Of a DNA stretch of 50,271 bases, positions 8,967 through 18,393 are shown in pieces. The position numbers and the translations under genes are program-made. Numbering within the stretch: the stretch's first letter is position 1; each line of letters starts with the position of its first letter. The notes beneath the pieces were generated by a model, which did not search any database, was not told the origin of the DNA, and saw nothing but the letters and a program-made list of their open reading frames with translations. This DNA comes from Planctomycetota bacterium (GTDB taxonomy: Bacteria > Planctomycetota > UBA8108 > UBA1146). The DNA lies in NCBI GenBank assembly GCA_036338595.1, contig JAYZBV010000034.1:1-50271 (forward strand), written 5' to 3'.

Positions 8967-10289
8967 TTGCCCCCATCCGCAACGCTGCCAGGAAACCACT
9001 CTGACGCCCCCAGACCAGGTCTCGGGCCGATTCTGCTGACCCTCTTCATCGATCTGGTCGGGTTCTCCATCATCTTTCCGCTGTTTCCTGCCATCATGGA
9101 GTCTTACCGCGCCGATCCATGGCTCGAAGCCGTCCTCGACGCTCTTCGATCCCTCTCACCCGAGATCAATGATGCGCGTCTCGTGACACTCTTCGGGGGC
9201 GTACTCGGTTCCATCTACTCGATCCTGCAGTTCCTGGTGAGCCCTCTCTGGGGCAGTCTTTCCGATCGAGTGGGACGCCGTCCGGTTCTGATGATCACCA
9301 TCGCCGGCAATCTGTTCGCCGCCTTGCTGTGGGCCTTCAGTGGTTCTTTTGCGCTGCTGGTGCTGTCTCGAATGCTGGCAGGAATCGCTGGCGGAAACAT
9401 CTCCGCTGCCACCGCAGCAGTCGCTGACTTGACTCCTGGAACCGATCGGGCCCGTGGAATGGGACTGATCGGTGCCGCATTTGGACTCGGATTCATCCTC
9501 GGGCCTGCCATCGGCGGGGGGCTGAGCCTCATCGACCTCACCCCTGCAGCGGAGGCGGCACAATCGACCGGCGTGTTTCGCACCAACCCCTTCAGCGCCG
9601 CGGCTCTCGGCGTCTGCGTGCTGTCGCTGATCAACCTCCTGTGGGTCTGGCGCTGCTTGCCGGAGACCAGACCCGAAGGATACCCTCCTCGCCCCATCCG
9701 GATTCAGGTGTCGCTGGGGAGTCGCTGGGGAGCGGATGTCGTTCGGATCCAGCTCGCCAACCTGATCTACCTCATCGGCTTCAGCGGCATGGAGTTCACG
9801 CTCGCGTTCCTGGTCCATCAACGCTTCGAATGGGGTAGCGAACAGATCGCCGGCATGTTCGTTGCCATCGGGCTGATCCTGGCGCTGGTCCAGGGTGGAC
9901 TCTCCCGGCCGATGTCACGACGATGGGGACCACACCTCACATCCCGGATCGGGTTCTGTCTCGTATTCGTTGGCCTCGTCGGCATCGCTCTGGCACTGCA
10001 GGAGTGGCAATTGATGCTGGCATTGCTGCCACTGTCGGTCGGCGCAGCGATGGTGATGCCGATGCTCTCGACCCTGGTCAGCCTCGCCGTCGGTCCCGAC
10101 CAGCAGGGAGAGGTTCTCGGCTGCTTTCGGTCGCTGGGAAGCCTGGCTCGTGCCATAGGCCCACTGGCGGCTGCGATCCTGTACTGGAAGATCGGACCCG
10201 CCGCACCCTACTGGGCCTCCGCCGCGATCCTGGTGATTCCGATCCTGCTCCTCTCAGGTGCTCTTGCCAGAAAACCTCAAATTCCATAG
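8967..10289 (+). CDS. MFS transporter, DHA1/TetA-like efflux family
   Basis: TLFIDLVGFSIIFP, motif A GSLSDRVGRRPVL, motif C GFILGPAIGG, about 12 hydrophobic segments. Start inferred at TTG 8967 after GAGGAG. Confidence 0.9.
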   Translation: MPPSATLPGNHSDAPRPGLGPILLTLFIDLVGFSIIFPLFPAIMESYRADPWLEAVLDALRSLSPEINDARLVTLFGGVLGSIYSILQFLVSPLWGSLSDRVGRRPVLMITIAGNLFAALLWAFSGSFALLVLSRMLAGIAGGNISAATAAVADLTPGTDRARGMGLIGAAFGLGFILGPAIGGGLSLIDLTPAAEAAQSTGVFRTNPFSAAALGVCVLSLINLLWVWRCLPETRPEGYPPRPIRIQVSLGSRWGADVVRIQLANLIYLIGFSGMEFTLAFLVHQRFEWGSEQIAGMFVAIGLILALVQGGLSRPMSRRWGPHLTSRIGFCLVFVGLVGIALALQEWQLMLALLPLSVGAAMVMPMLSTLVSLAVGPDQQGEVLGCFRSLGSLARAIGPLAAAILYWKIGPAAPYWASAAILVIPILLLSGALARKPQIP

Positions 10290-10331
10290 CATTTCCTTCA
10301 CGCCGCGCGATCACAGCCTGAAGGGCTTGTC

Positions 10332-11117
10332 GTGCAAAAATCTACATTCCGATCCAGTTCCTCCCGCACGGAGCTTCGTGACGGGCAGTGGTCAACTGCT
10401 CCTCTGGCGTTGGCATCTCTACTTTTTCTTTCTCTTGTGGTGACCATCACCGGCTGTACATCTGCCCCGGTCGGACGAGGAGAAGCGATCGGCACTGCCA
10501 TCGGCCCTGCAGATGTCGCAGCGATGGCGGCAGGGACATGGCAGATGCGCACCGAAAAACAGCAGGGGATGGCCGTACTTGGTGGTCTTCTCGCCTACGA
10601 CATGACAACGACCAATCAGGTCGAAGGCATCGATGTTGCACGGGAACGCATCAGTGCCGGTCCGTTGTGGATTGCAGGCACGACTGAAAGTCGTGCTCTC
10701 ACCGATGCAGGTGAAGAAAGTCATGGCAACTGGTTCTTCCCCTTCTGGCGCTACCGTGAAGTGAACGGTGAGCGGACCCTCTATCCGCTGATGGTGATCC
10801 CGATTCCACTCGGCAGTTCGCGCCCTTCCGACCTTGCAGATCTCGATCCCATCGCGCCATGGGATGCCACTGCAGTCGATACCAATCCGGCAGCGATCCC
10901 ACCTGAACCGGCACAGGTCAGTTCGAATACCGACCTCCCCATCGTCGATCCGCTGGCACGGACCTACAGACTACGCCAGGGCGACACGCTGTGGTCGCTG
11001 TCGAGCCGCTTCTATGGCAATGGCCAGCGATGGCGAGACATCGTGACGGCGAACCCGGCGATCATCGCTGACATCCACTCGATGGCGATCGGGACCACCA
11101 TCGTGATCCCCCGCTGA
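10332..11117 (+). CDS. Putative lipoprotein with a C-terminal LysM domain
   Basis: Hydrophobic stretch ending in lipobox-like ITG-C; C-terminal YRLRQGDTLWSLSSRFYG...IVIP. Exact start uncertain. Confidence 0.8.
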   Translation: MQKSTFRSSSSRTELRDGQWSTAPLALASLLFLSLVVTITGCTSAPVGRGEAIGTAIGPADVAAMAAGTWQMRTEKQQGMAVLGGLLAYDMTTTNQVEGIDVARERISAGPLWIAGTTESRALTDAGEESHGNWFFPFWRYREVNGERTLYPLMVIPIPLGSSRPSDLADLDPIAPWDATAVDTNPAAIPPEPAQVSSNTDLPIVDPLARTYRLRQGDTLWSLSSRFYGNGQRWRDIVTANPAIIADIHSMAIGTTIVIPR

Positions 11118-11489
11118 TGTGACCTGCGGCAACGATCCAGGCACCGGAAAACCGCCGGCCACGCTCGTCTTCGACGCAGTGATTCGATCATCCCGATCGG
11201 TATCGCTATCACTGCTTCCAGAGCAGATACGGGCATTATTTGCCGGACCCGCCACTGCGGGATCGGTACATGAAACTCAGCAACGTCTTTCTTGACCTGT
11301 TCACGACCTCTGGCCCGAGGGGAATGAAACTGCGGCGCAACTCGGCAGATTTACAAAAAGATACACTAGTAAAGCATTGTTAGTTCATTAGAATGGACTT
11401 TGTACACGACTTTCAACTTCGATGGAGGTCTTTGTTCTCCGGGGCCTGAGCTACCGGCCCGGAATCCACAGCGAGGAAGGAACATTCAG

Positions 11490-12818
11490 ATGCTGAACTG
11501 GAAGATGTTGTTGGGGGCGTTTTGTCTCCTCAGTTGCGTGACCGCGCTCCAGGGCCAGAATTATGCCCTCCATTCCGGAGCCACTTCGGGCCTACCCGGA
11601 GGAACCGCCACCGCAGTCATTAATTTAGAAACCCCCAGCCCCTCTCAGGGATTCCAGTTCGGAATGACTCATGACAGTTCGATGCTGACTGCCGTTCTGG
11701 TTTCCGAGGGCTCAGGCCTCACCACCACCAACGCGGGAAGTGGCGCCGATTACTTCCTGTTCGAACTCGCACCGGTGGGTGGACCTGGAGTCATCGTGGG
11801 CGCGATCGTGAGCCTGTCTCCACCGCTCGAATCGATTCCGGTCGGACTGCACGAAGTGGCACTGATTCAGTATTCGGTCGACGCTGCTGCCCTTCCTGGA
11901 ACCTCCACCGGTCTCACCTTCGTCAACACTCTCGGCAGTCCCGCAGTCAATTGCGTGATCTCGGTCGGGGGCGTGTCGCAGCAGCCGATTCTCGATCATG
12001 GATCGATGCTGGTCGAAACTCCGGCACCCACTGGCGTGACCGTGACGATAGACGATCCCTGCACCTGCGACGGTACCCTCAGCTGGACCAATGGAGGTCT
12101 CTACGACTCCATCGAGGTCACCCAGGACGGAATCACCACGACACACCTCGGAACCGCAACGAGCACGGCGATCGCCTTGACTGATGGTGTCGCCTCCAGC
12201 TTCGAGGTGGTCGGAATCAGCAATGCTCAGGCATCTGCGGCTGGACTCGGATCGGGAACCTGTGCTCAGACTCCTCCTTCCGCCGGTCCTTCTGACCTCA
12301 ACTGCACCATCGATCACGAGACCTGCACCGTGACCCTGACGTGGCTCAACAACGATCCAGCGTACCAGGCACTCACTCTCAGCGTCGACGGAGCACTGAT
12401 CGGTACGCTGCCAGGAACCTCCACGACGACCACCCATGTGCTGCCACTGGAACTGGTCGACTTCACCCTTGAAATCGGTGGATCTGGCGGCTGCGGCGAG
12501 GCACTTGCCTCGACCAGTTGCGTCATGGCGTGCCTCCCCGAGCGTTTCCGTCGCGGCGATGTCAACGGTGACAGCGGCGTCGACATCTCGGATGCCATCG
12601 GAACTCTCAGTTACCTGTTCCAGGCCGTTCCGCCTCTGTGCCTCGATGCCATCGATTCCAATGACGATGGAACTGTCGACATCTCGGATGCGATCAAGGT
12701 CCTCACCTACATCTTTGCAGGCGGCACCGAGCCCCCTGCGCCGGGAGCGACCAACTGTGGAATCGACCCGACCGACGATGCTCTCGATTGCGCCACATAC
12801 GACACCTCGGGGTGTTGA
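11490..12818 (+). CDS. Secreted protein with an N-terminal cohesin-like domain, two FN3/Ig-like repeats and a C-terminal dockerin-like module
   Basis: Signal peptide from ATG 11490. Beta-rich domain (TAVINLE...QGFQFGMTHD), two repeats with LSWTNGGLYDSIEV / LTWLNNDPAYQALTL, duplicated Ca-binding loops RGDVNGDSGVDISD and DSNDDGTVDISD. Confidence 0.75.
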   Translation: MLNWKMLLGAFCLLSCVTALQGQNYALHSGATSGLPGGTATAVINLETPSPSQGFQFGMTHDSSMLTAVLVSEGSGLTTTNAGSGADYFLFELAPVGGPGVIVGAIVSLSPPLESIPVGLHEVALIQYSVDAAALPGTSTGLTFVNTLGSPAVNCVISVGGVSQQPILDHGSMLVETPAPTGVTVTIDDPCTCDGTLSWTNGGLYDSIEVTQDGITTTHLGTATSTAIALTDGVASSFEVVGISNAQASAAGLGSGTCAQTPPSAGPSDLNCTIDHETCTVTLTWLNNDPAYQALTLSVDGALIGTLPGTSTTTTHVLPLELVDFTLEIGGSGGCGEALASTSCVMACLPERFRRGDVNGDSGVDISDAIGTLSYLFQAVPPLCLDAIDSNDDGTVDISDAIKVLTYIFAGGTEPPAPGATNCGIDPTDDALDCATYDTSGC

Positions 12819-12846
12819 TCAGCGCACTCGACTGAATCTGAAATAG

Positions 12847-12884
12847 AAGCGGGCCCGCCAGGTATCACCTGGCGGGCCCGTTTT
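12847..12884 (+). terminator. Intrinsic terminator between convergent genes
   Basis: Perfect 14-bp stem CGGGCCCGCCAGGT-ATC-ACCTGGCGGGCCCG followed by TTTT. The A-rich 5' flank suggests it may work in both directions. Confidence 0.9.
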
Positions 12885-12929
12885 CCATGCCACTCTTCTT
12901 CCATCCTGTGCGTACACGGAACAGACGTC

Positions 12930-14255
12930 CTAGATGGCCTCGAAGATGTGGCCCATCTTGTTCTTCTTGGCACGAAGGTAGCCAAGATTGACAGGGCCAG
13001 GCTCCGGCTCGATGGCCAACCTCTCTGCGACCACGATCCCGTTCGACTCGAGCCCGGACACCTTGGCCGGATTGTTCGTCAGCAAGCGAACACTGGTCGC
13101 CCCCAGCGACTTCAGAATACTGGCCGCATCGCCGTAGTCGCGAAGATCGGGTGCGAACCCGAGTCGTTCGTTCGCCTCGACGGTATCGAGTCCCTCGTTC
13201 TGCTGAAGGTGGTAGGCCTCGATTTTTCGGGTCAATCCGATGCCTCGCCCCTCTTGCGGAAGATAGAGCAGCGCACCCCGTTCTCGAGAGCCGATGGCCT
13301 CGAGAGCCATCTGCAATTGTGCGCCACAATCACATCGGAGCGAACCGATGACATCTCCCGTGAAACAGGCGCTGTGTAATCTCACGATGGGAGCTTCGGC
13401 AGACGGGCCCATGCCCAGATCGCCCTGTCGAAGTACCGTGATGGGTGTGCCGAAAGGCACGCTCCACGACTCGATCTCGAACAATCCGTACGGCGTCGGC
13501 AGTTGAGCTCCAGAATGGCGCGACGGCTCTACCGTTGGCTGCGACTCACCGGCAGCGGGTTGCGCTGCTGCAGATTGCGATGATGCGTCACCCGACAGTG
13601 CTGGACTCGCCTGCTCATGACGCTGTTCCTCTTGACGCTGCTGAACGAGGCTATCTATCGTCCCCAGCGGCAATTGATGTAACTTTGCAAATGCGATCAG
13701 ATCGGGAAGCCTCGCCATCGATCCGTCCTCATTCATCACCTCACAGATCACCGCAGCAGGCTGAAGCCCTGCACGCTCGACCAGATGAAGTGCGGCCTCC
13801 GTGTGGCCACTTCGGCTCAACAATCCACCCGGGTTTGCTTTCAACGGGAACACATGTCCCGGTCTCTTGAAATCATCGGATGTCGATCCTGGGGCGGCGA
13901 GTTTGCGAAGGGTCCTGGCTCGATCAAATGCGCTGATTCCGGTCGAGTTTCCCTCGCGGGCATCGACAGACATGGTGAAGGCACACTCCATCGGATCGCA
14001 CGGCGTTGCATTCATCAGAGACAACTCGAGTCGATCGGTGATCTGCTGTGCCAGCGGTGCGCAGATCAGCCCCCGAGCGTGGGTCGCGAGAAAATTGACC
14101 TGCTCCGGTGTGATCGATTGAGCGGCCACGACAAGATCACCCTCATTCTCGCGATTTGCATCATCGATGAGGATGACCATGCCGCCACGAGAGATCTCAA
14201 TTATCAGTTCTTCGGCGCTGGCGAAGGGCAAGGCAACTCCTAGCGATGGTTCCAT
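12930..14255 (-). CDS. ribBA: Bifunctional DHBP synthase / GTP cyclohydrolase II
   Basis: RENEGD, GLIC, FTMSVD, TGISA.DR, RPGHVFPL, GHTEA; then RLHSAC.TGD..GS.RCDCG, QEGRGIGL..K..AY, LLTNNP.K. Confidence 0.97.
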   Translation of the reverse strand: MEPSLGVALPFASAEELIIEISRGGMVILIDDANRENEGDLVVAAQSITPEQVNFLATHARGLICAPLAQQITDRLELSLMNATPCDPMECAFTMSVDAREGNSTGISAFDRARTLRKLAAPGSTSDDFKRPGHVFPLKANPGGLLSRSGHTEAALHLVERAGLQPAAVICEVMNEDGSMARLPDLIAFAKLHQLPLGTIDSLVQQRQEEQRHEQASPALSGDASSQSAAAQPAAGESQPTVEPSRHSGAQLPTPYGLFEIESWSVPFGTPITVLRQGDLGMGPSAEAPIVRLHSACFTGDVIGSLRCDCGAQLQMALEAIGSRERGALLYLPQEGRGIGLTRKIEAYHLQQNEGLDTVEANERLGFAPDLRDYGDAASILKSLGATSVRLLTNNPAKVSGLESNGIVVAERLAIEPEPGPVNLGYLRAKKNKMGHIFEAI

Positions 14256-14332
14256 TCCAGGACACGGTGACCCCTCTGATGCGAGGCGGTCTGATCATTC
14301 TAGTGGCTCACCGGCCCGGAAAGGAGTGATTC

Positions 14333-14974
14333 CTAGTCTCCTCTTCGACGGAATTCGACCCCCTCGGTGTGACCACCGAGTTGGATGACCAGGTCCTCGA
14401 CTCGCTTTACCAGTCGCGTCGCCGCACCAGGAAGTTCCACCGTTCCCCAGACGAGGATCAGCGCCATCCGTGTCTGGTCGTCAGTCTTGCACCTCTGGGA
14501 GTCCTTGACGGCATTGGCCAGGGGTCCATCCCGATCGCACAGGCAAATCAATCCTGCGACATCGATCTGCTGATCGGAGCGATTGAAGATGTAGCGTTCG
14601 CCCGGCTGGCCCATCGAGATGGTCAACGGCGGCTGAACACGATCCAGATCGACCACGCTCAGCGGCAGCCCCTCGGCTCTCGACGCCGCGTTTCCTGCAT
14701 CGACCAGGGGCAGGATCGACCCGAGGCGCCCCTGCGCTGCGGCCTTGACCAGCCACTCGCTCGAGGGCTTTCCACGGCCTGCAGGACGATAGCCACCGTG
14801 GCGAAGCAGGGATCGAACTGCCTGCCTGGACTCCTGGCCCACCTCCTCGGGACCGTTCCCCGGTTCCAGCATTTTCTGCAGCCAGTCTGGACTCTCGTTG
14901 CCCTGGGGAGTGGACAGTTCGACGCGGATGGCCGCCGGATCGAGTAGTGGGTGCGAATCGACCTCGATGAACAT
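14333..14974 (-). CDS. Free-standing B3/4 (PheRS beta editing-like) domain protein
   Basis: GRGKPSSEWL, I.PLVD..N..S....P.SV.DLD, G..GE.Y, L.D..GP and DSQR.K match the B3/4 family pattern. Confidence 0.8.
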   Translation of the reverse strand: MFIEVDSHPLLDPAAIRVELSTPQGNESPDWLQKMLEPGNGPEEVGQESRQAVRSLLRHGGYRPAGRGKPSSEWLVKAAAQGRLGSILPLVDAGNAASRAEGLPLSVVDLDRVQPPLTISMGQPGERYIFNRSDQQIDVAGLICLCDRDGPLANAVKDSQRCKTDDQTRMALILVWGTVELPGAATRLVKRVEDLVIQLGGHTEGVEFRRRGD

Positions 14975-15054
14975 CTTCTGCCACTCCTCATCTGTGCGCC
15001 CCGGCTTTCCTTGTCGAAGCGCAGCGGGGGGCTACCATCCAGCGGATCCAGCTC

Positions 15055-15969
15055 ATGGGGCTGCGATCACCGATCGAACTGGAGGGTAGCAGGGTGCCAC
15101 GGGAAGCGGATGCGATCGATGCTGGAATTCGTCTCGGCGAGGGATGTTCGCCACATCTCGCCCAGGAGCTGCTCCAGCTTCCCGCGCTCTCGGTCATCGC
15201 CAGTGGCCGTCGAGGTCGACTCGAGCGCATCGAATGGCAAGGAACGCCCTACGCTCGAAAGGTCTACCTGCCCACATCGGCGACACCGATTCGAGTGTTG
15301 GCGAGGAGATTGCCACGTCGCTGGCGCTGGGCAAGACCCCATCGGTCGTGGCAAGCGATGCTGTTGGGAGTGCCTCTGGACCTGCCGCTTCCTCGGCCAC
15401 TGGTTCTCGACACGAACCGATCCCGAGCAGTACTGATCAGCAGTTGGGTTGCGGGGGAGCCGATTCATCACTGGTTTGCTCGCAGTAGCCAGAGCGATTG
15501 GCCACCTCGCGATCAATTCCGTTTTGCGCGCTGGATCGGGGCTCGCCTACAACAGGTGACGGCACTCGGTTTCAGTTCACGAGATCTGGCTCCCCACAAT
15601 GTACTCGTGAGCGGGGATCCCGAAGGACCATGGCAACTGGGCATCGTGGATCTCGACGACGCCGTGGTCGGACCGGCCCCTTCGAGACGACAACTATCAC
15701 ACTCTCTGGCTCAGGTCGGACATCTCCCTCCGACCATCTCCTCGACCTTGCTGATGCGCGCGATGCATGCCTTTCTCGATGAGCAAGAGAATGAGATGCT
15801 GGGCGAGCACCGCAATTCTATCGCCGACATCGCAGCGAGGATTCATCAACTCCAGCGTATCAAACGAGAGAGACAAGCCAGGAGCGGCACCTTCGATCCA
15901 CTCGCTGGCTGGGGCCTCGGAGAAGATGGACTTCCAGTACCGTTTACCGGAGCACGCTCAGGGCCCTGA
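15055..15969 (+). CDS. Lipopolysaccharide kinase (Kdo/WaaP/InaA-like) family protein
   Basis: ARKVY (Lys), P.PL, RDLAPHNVLV catalytic loop, IVDLDD metal-binding loop. Confidence 0.7.
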   Translation: MGLRSPIELEGSRVPREADAIDAGIRLGEGCSPHLAQELLQLPALSVIASGRRGRLERIEWQGTPYARKVYLPTSATPIRVLARRLPRRWRWARPHRSWQAMLLGVPLDLPLPRPLVLDTNRSRAVLISSWVAGEPIHHWFARSSQSDWPPRDQFRFARWIGARLQQVTALGFSSRDLAPHNVLVSGDPEGPWQLGIVDLDDAVVGPAPSRRQLSHSLAQVGHLPPTISSTLLMRAMHAFLDEQENEMLGEHRNSIADIAARIHQLQRIKRERQARSGTFDPLAGWGLGEDGLPVPFTGARSGP

Positions 15970-16083
15970 TTCGGCGCACTACCGCCATCCAGAAACGGGC
16001 GCCGACTCTCCCTTGAAGAAACAGTGGGAACTGCCTCGATGCAGAGTTCGTCCTTGGCGATGGGTAACAGGGAGGAGCGGAGC

Positions 16084-16584
16084 ATGGGCTACCGACTGTA
16101 CGTCTTCGACCTCGATGAGACTCTCTGGTGTGCAGATCTTCAGCAGGTCTGCCCGTTTCATGGCCCCTTTCAGCTCAGTGGCAGGCATCTGGCCAGTTGT
16201 GACACGGCCACCGTGCGACTGCGTCGAGGGACCCGAAAACTGATGCGATCGATCCATCGTACCGGAGGAATCTGCTCGTTGGCCTGCCGAGCGGATGAGT
16301 CCGTGTGCAATGAATTGCTGGATACCTTCGGAATTCGTGACCTTTTCTTCCATCCTCGATATGGCCTGATGGAGAAAGGAGAGGCGATTCTTGAGGTTCT
16401 CGAGGAGATCCGAACCGATCTCGGGGTCAAAATTCGGAGCGATGAGGTACTTTTTATCGACGATGCCCCCGCCAATACTCGCGAAGCACGCCGCGTCGGA
16501 GCCACCACCCTGCTGTACGGCCGGGACATCAGAAATCTCGGCGAGTTGCAGTCTCTCGTGATGCGGAGTTCCAAGAACGCTTGA
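16084..16584 (+). CDS. HAD subfamily IIIC phosphatase, magnesium-dependent phosphatase-1-like
   Basis: VFDLDETLW, Lys motif, LFIDD...N; RBS GGAGGAG before ATG 16084. Confidence 0.85.
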   Translation: MGYRLYVFDLDETLWCADLQQVCPFHGPFQLSGRHLASCDTATVRLRRGTRKLMRSIHRTGGICSLACRADESVCNELLDTFGIRDLFFHPRYGLMEKGEAILEVLEEIRTDLGVKIRSDEVLFIDDAPANTREARRVGATTLLYGRDIRNLGELQSLVMRSSKNA

Positions 16585-16670
16585 ATTGAGACCCCTCTCC
16601 TATTCATCCTGTGTGGTCACGGTCGCACTTCCGATCGGCGACCCGCACGGATGGAAAGGACGGAAAACGG

Positions 16671-17657
16671 ATGTCCGAGGAGACAACGGGAGAGCTGAAC
16701 GATGCTGCTCCCCCCGCTTCGCCGATGGCTACCGTCATCGAGGCCAGAAAATTGAGTCGCTCCTTCGGCGAGACGAGGGCTGCACAAGATGTATCCTTCG
16801 AGGTTCGCCGCGGAGAGATCCTCGGTTTTCTTGGCCCCAATGGAGCCGGCAAGAGTACCACCCTGAGGATGATCACCGGATTACTCGCCCCCGATCACGG
16901 TTCGGCGAAGATCTGCGGTATCGATATGGCGACCGATCCGATCGCAGCCAAGAAAAAGTTTGGCTACTTACCGGAGAGTATTCCTCTATATGACGAGATG
17001 GAGGTCATCGATTACCTCCGATTCGTCGGTAGCGCACGGGGACTCCGAAAAGCAGAGCTGGAGAAGAGTATCGATCGCATCGCAATGCGCCTCGGCCTGA
17101 TGTCGATGTTACGCCGTCGCTGCGGAACTCTCTCCAAGGGATTCCGCCAGAGAGTCGGCCTCGCCCAGGCTCTGATTCACGGTCCGGAGGTAGTGATTCT
17201 CGACGAACCCACCAACGGACTCGACCCTCGTCAGATCATCGAGGTCAGGTCCTTGATTCGTGAACTGGCCACCGATTGCGCGGTCATCTTCAGCACTCAC
17301 ATCTTGCAGGAAATCGCCGCCATCTGTACTCGAATCATCGTCATCCACTCCGGCCATCTGATCGCAGACGGCACGCCAGAAGAACTGGCGGGAGACTCCT
17401 CCGAGGAATGGCAGGTGGTGACCTCTGGTAACGGTGTGAATCCTGAACAGTGCCCCGAGTTACAGCTGGCCCCAGGTGTTGTGCTGGGCACGGGAGAAAC
17501 CGTTCACAGGTGGCTCGGAGAATCGGCTCCTGACCTCGGTGAGTTGTCGACCCAGATCTATCGATCTGGATCGAGACTGCTGCATGTAGGTCGCTCGAGA
17601 GAGAGCCTGGAGCAGGTTTACCTGCGCCTGACCGGCGGAGAGCAGGTGCCAGCATGA
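16671..17657 (+). CDS. ABC transporter ATP-binding protein, GldA-like
   Basis: [53 protein letters not shown]. Confidence 0.93.
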   Translation: MSEETTGELNDAAPPASPMATVIEARKLSRSFGETRAAQDVSFEVRRGEILGFLGPNGAGKSTTLRMITGLLAPDHGSAKICGIDMATDPIAAKKKFGYLPESIPLYDEMEVIDYLRFVGSARGLRKAELEKSIDRIAMRLGLMSMLRRRCGTLSKGFRQRVGLAQALIHGPEVVILDEPTNGLDPRQIIEVRSLIRELATDCAVIFSTHILQEIAAICTRIIVIHSGHLIADGTPEELAGDSSEEWQVVTSGNGVNPEQCPELQLAPGVVLGTGETVHRWLGESAPDLGELSTQIYRSGSRLLHVGRSRESLEQVYLRLTGGEQVPA

Positions 17658-18388
17658 AGGAGATACTGATCGTCGCTCGTCGCGAATGCGGCGCCTACTT
17701 CCAGACGCCCATCGCCTGGATCTTCATCGCGCTCCAGATCGCAATCCTGTCCTTCTTCTTCTTTCTCTACTCTCCCTTCTTCATCATCGAGAGTGCTGAC
17801 ATGAGGGTCTGGTTTGGATTGACGCCATTTACCCTGATGGTGTTCGCACCCGCAGTCACCATGCGCCTGTGGTCTGAGGAATTGAGAACCGGCAGCACGG
17901 AGGTGCTCCTGTCCCTGCCCGTCAAGGTGAGAAACATGGTAATTGGCAAGTGGCTCGCCTCCGTCGTGGTGTTACTGGCGAGCGTGATCTGCAGCCTCGG
18001 GATTCCCGCAACCATCAGCTACCTGGCGGCCAGCCCCATCGACTGGGGTCCGATCATCGGTGGCTACATCGGCACCATGCTGGCGGGAATGATGTTTCTT
18101 GCGCTCGGGTGCTGGGTCTCTGCGCTCTCTCGCAACCAGGTGGTCTCGCTGCTGGTAGGAGTCACCGCTGGCATCGTGTTGGTACTTGCATTGAGTCCCG
18201 ATTTCGCCTCATTCATCTCTGGATCCAATGAGACGCTTGCAAGAGTCGTCGAGTCTCTGGGTGTTCAATCCCACTTTCGATCGATCGAGCGCGGAGTACT
18301 CGCCATCAGCGATGTCGTTTATTTTCTGTCCGGCTCCTGCTTCTTCCTGGCGCTGACGGTGTTCCAGGTCGAACTGAAGAAACAGTAG
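17654..18388 (+). CDS. ABC-2 permease, GldF-like
   Basis: RE...YF.TP.AW, PAVTMRLWSEE...G..E.L..LP, HF....RG....DV.YF; ATGA overlap with the ATPase gene. Confidence 0.9.
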   Translation: MKEILIVARRECGAYFQTPIAWIFIALQIAILSFFFFLYSPFFIIESADMRVWFGLTPFTLMVFAPAVTMRLWSEELRTGSTEVLLSLPVKVRNMVIGKWLASVVVLLASVICSLGIPATISYLAASPIDWGPIIGGYIGTMLAGMMFLALGCWVSALSRNQVVSLLVGVTAGIVLVLALSPDFASFISGSNETLARVVESLGVQSHFRSIERGVLAISDVVYFLSGSCFFLALTVFQVELKKQ

Positions 18389-18393
18389 GGGGA

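Noticed and set aside
11270..11383. 37-codon ORF and AT-rich patch upstream of the dockerin gene
   Set aside because: No RBS or motif. The AT-rich stretch is more likely promoter DNA, but I could not assign convincing -35/-10 boxes.
14256..14332. FMN riboswitch upstream of ribBA
   Set aside because: Only 77 nt of intergenic space and no recognisable RFN conserved blocks.
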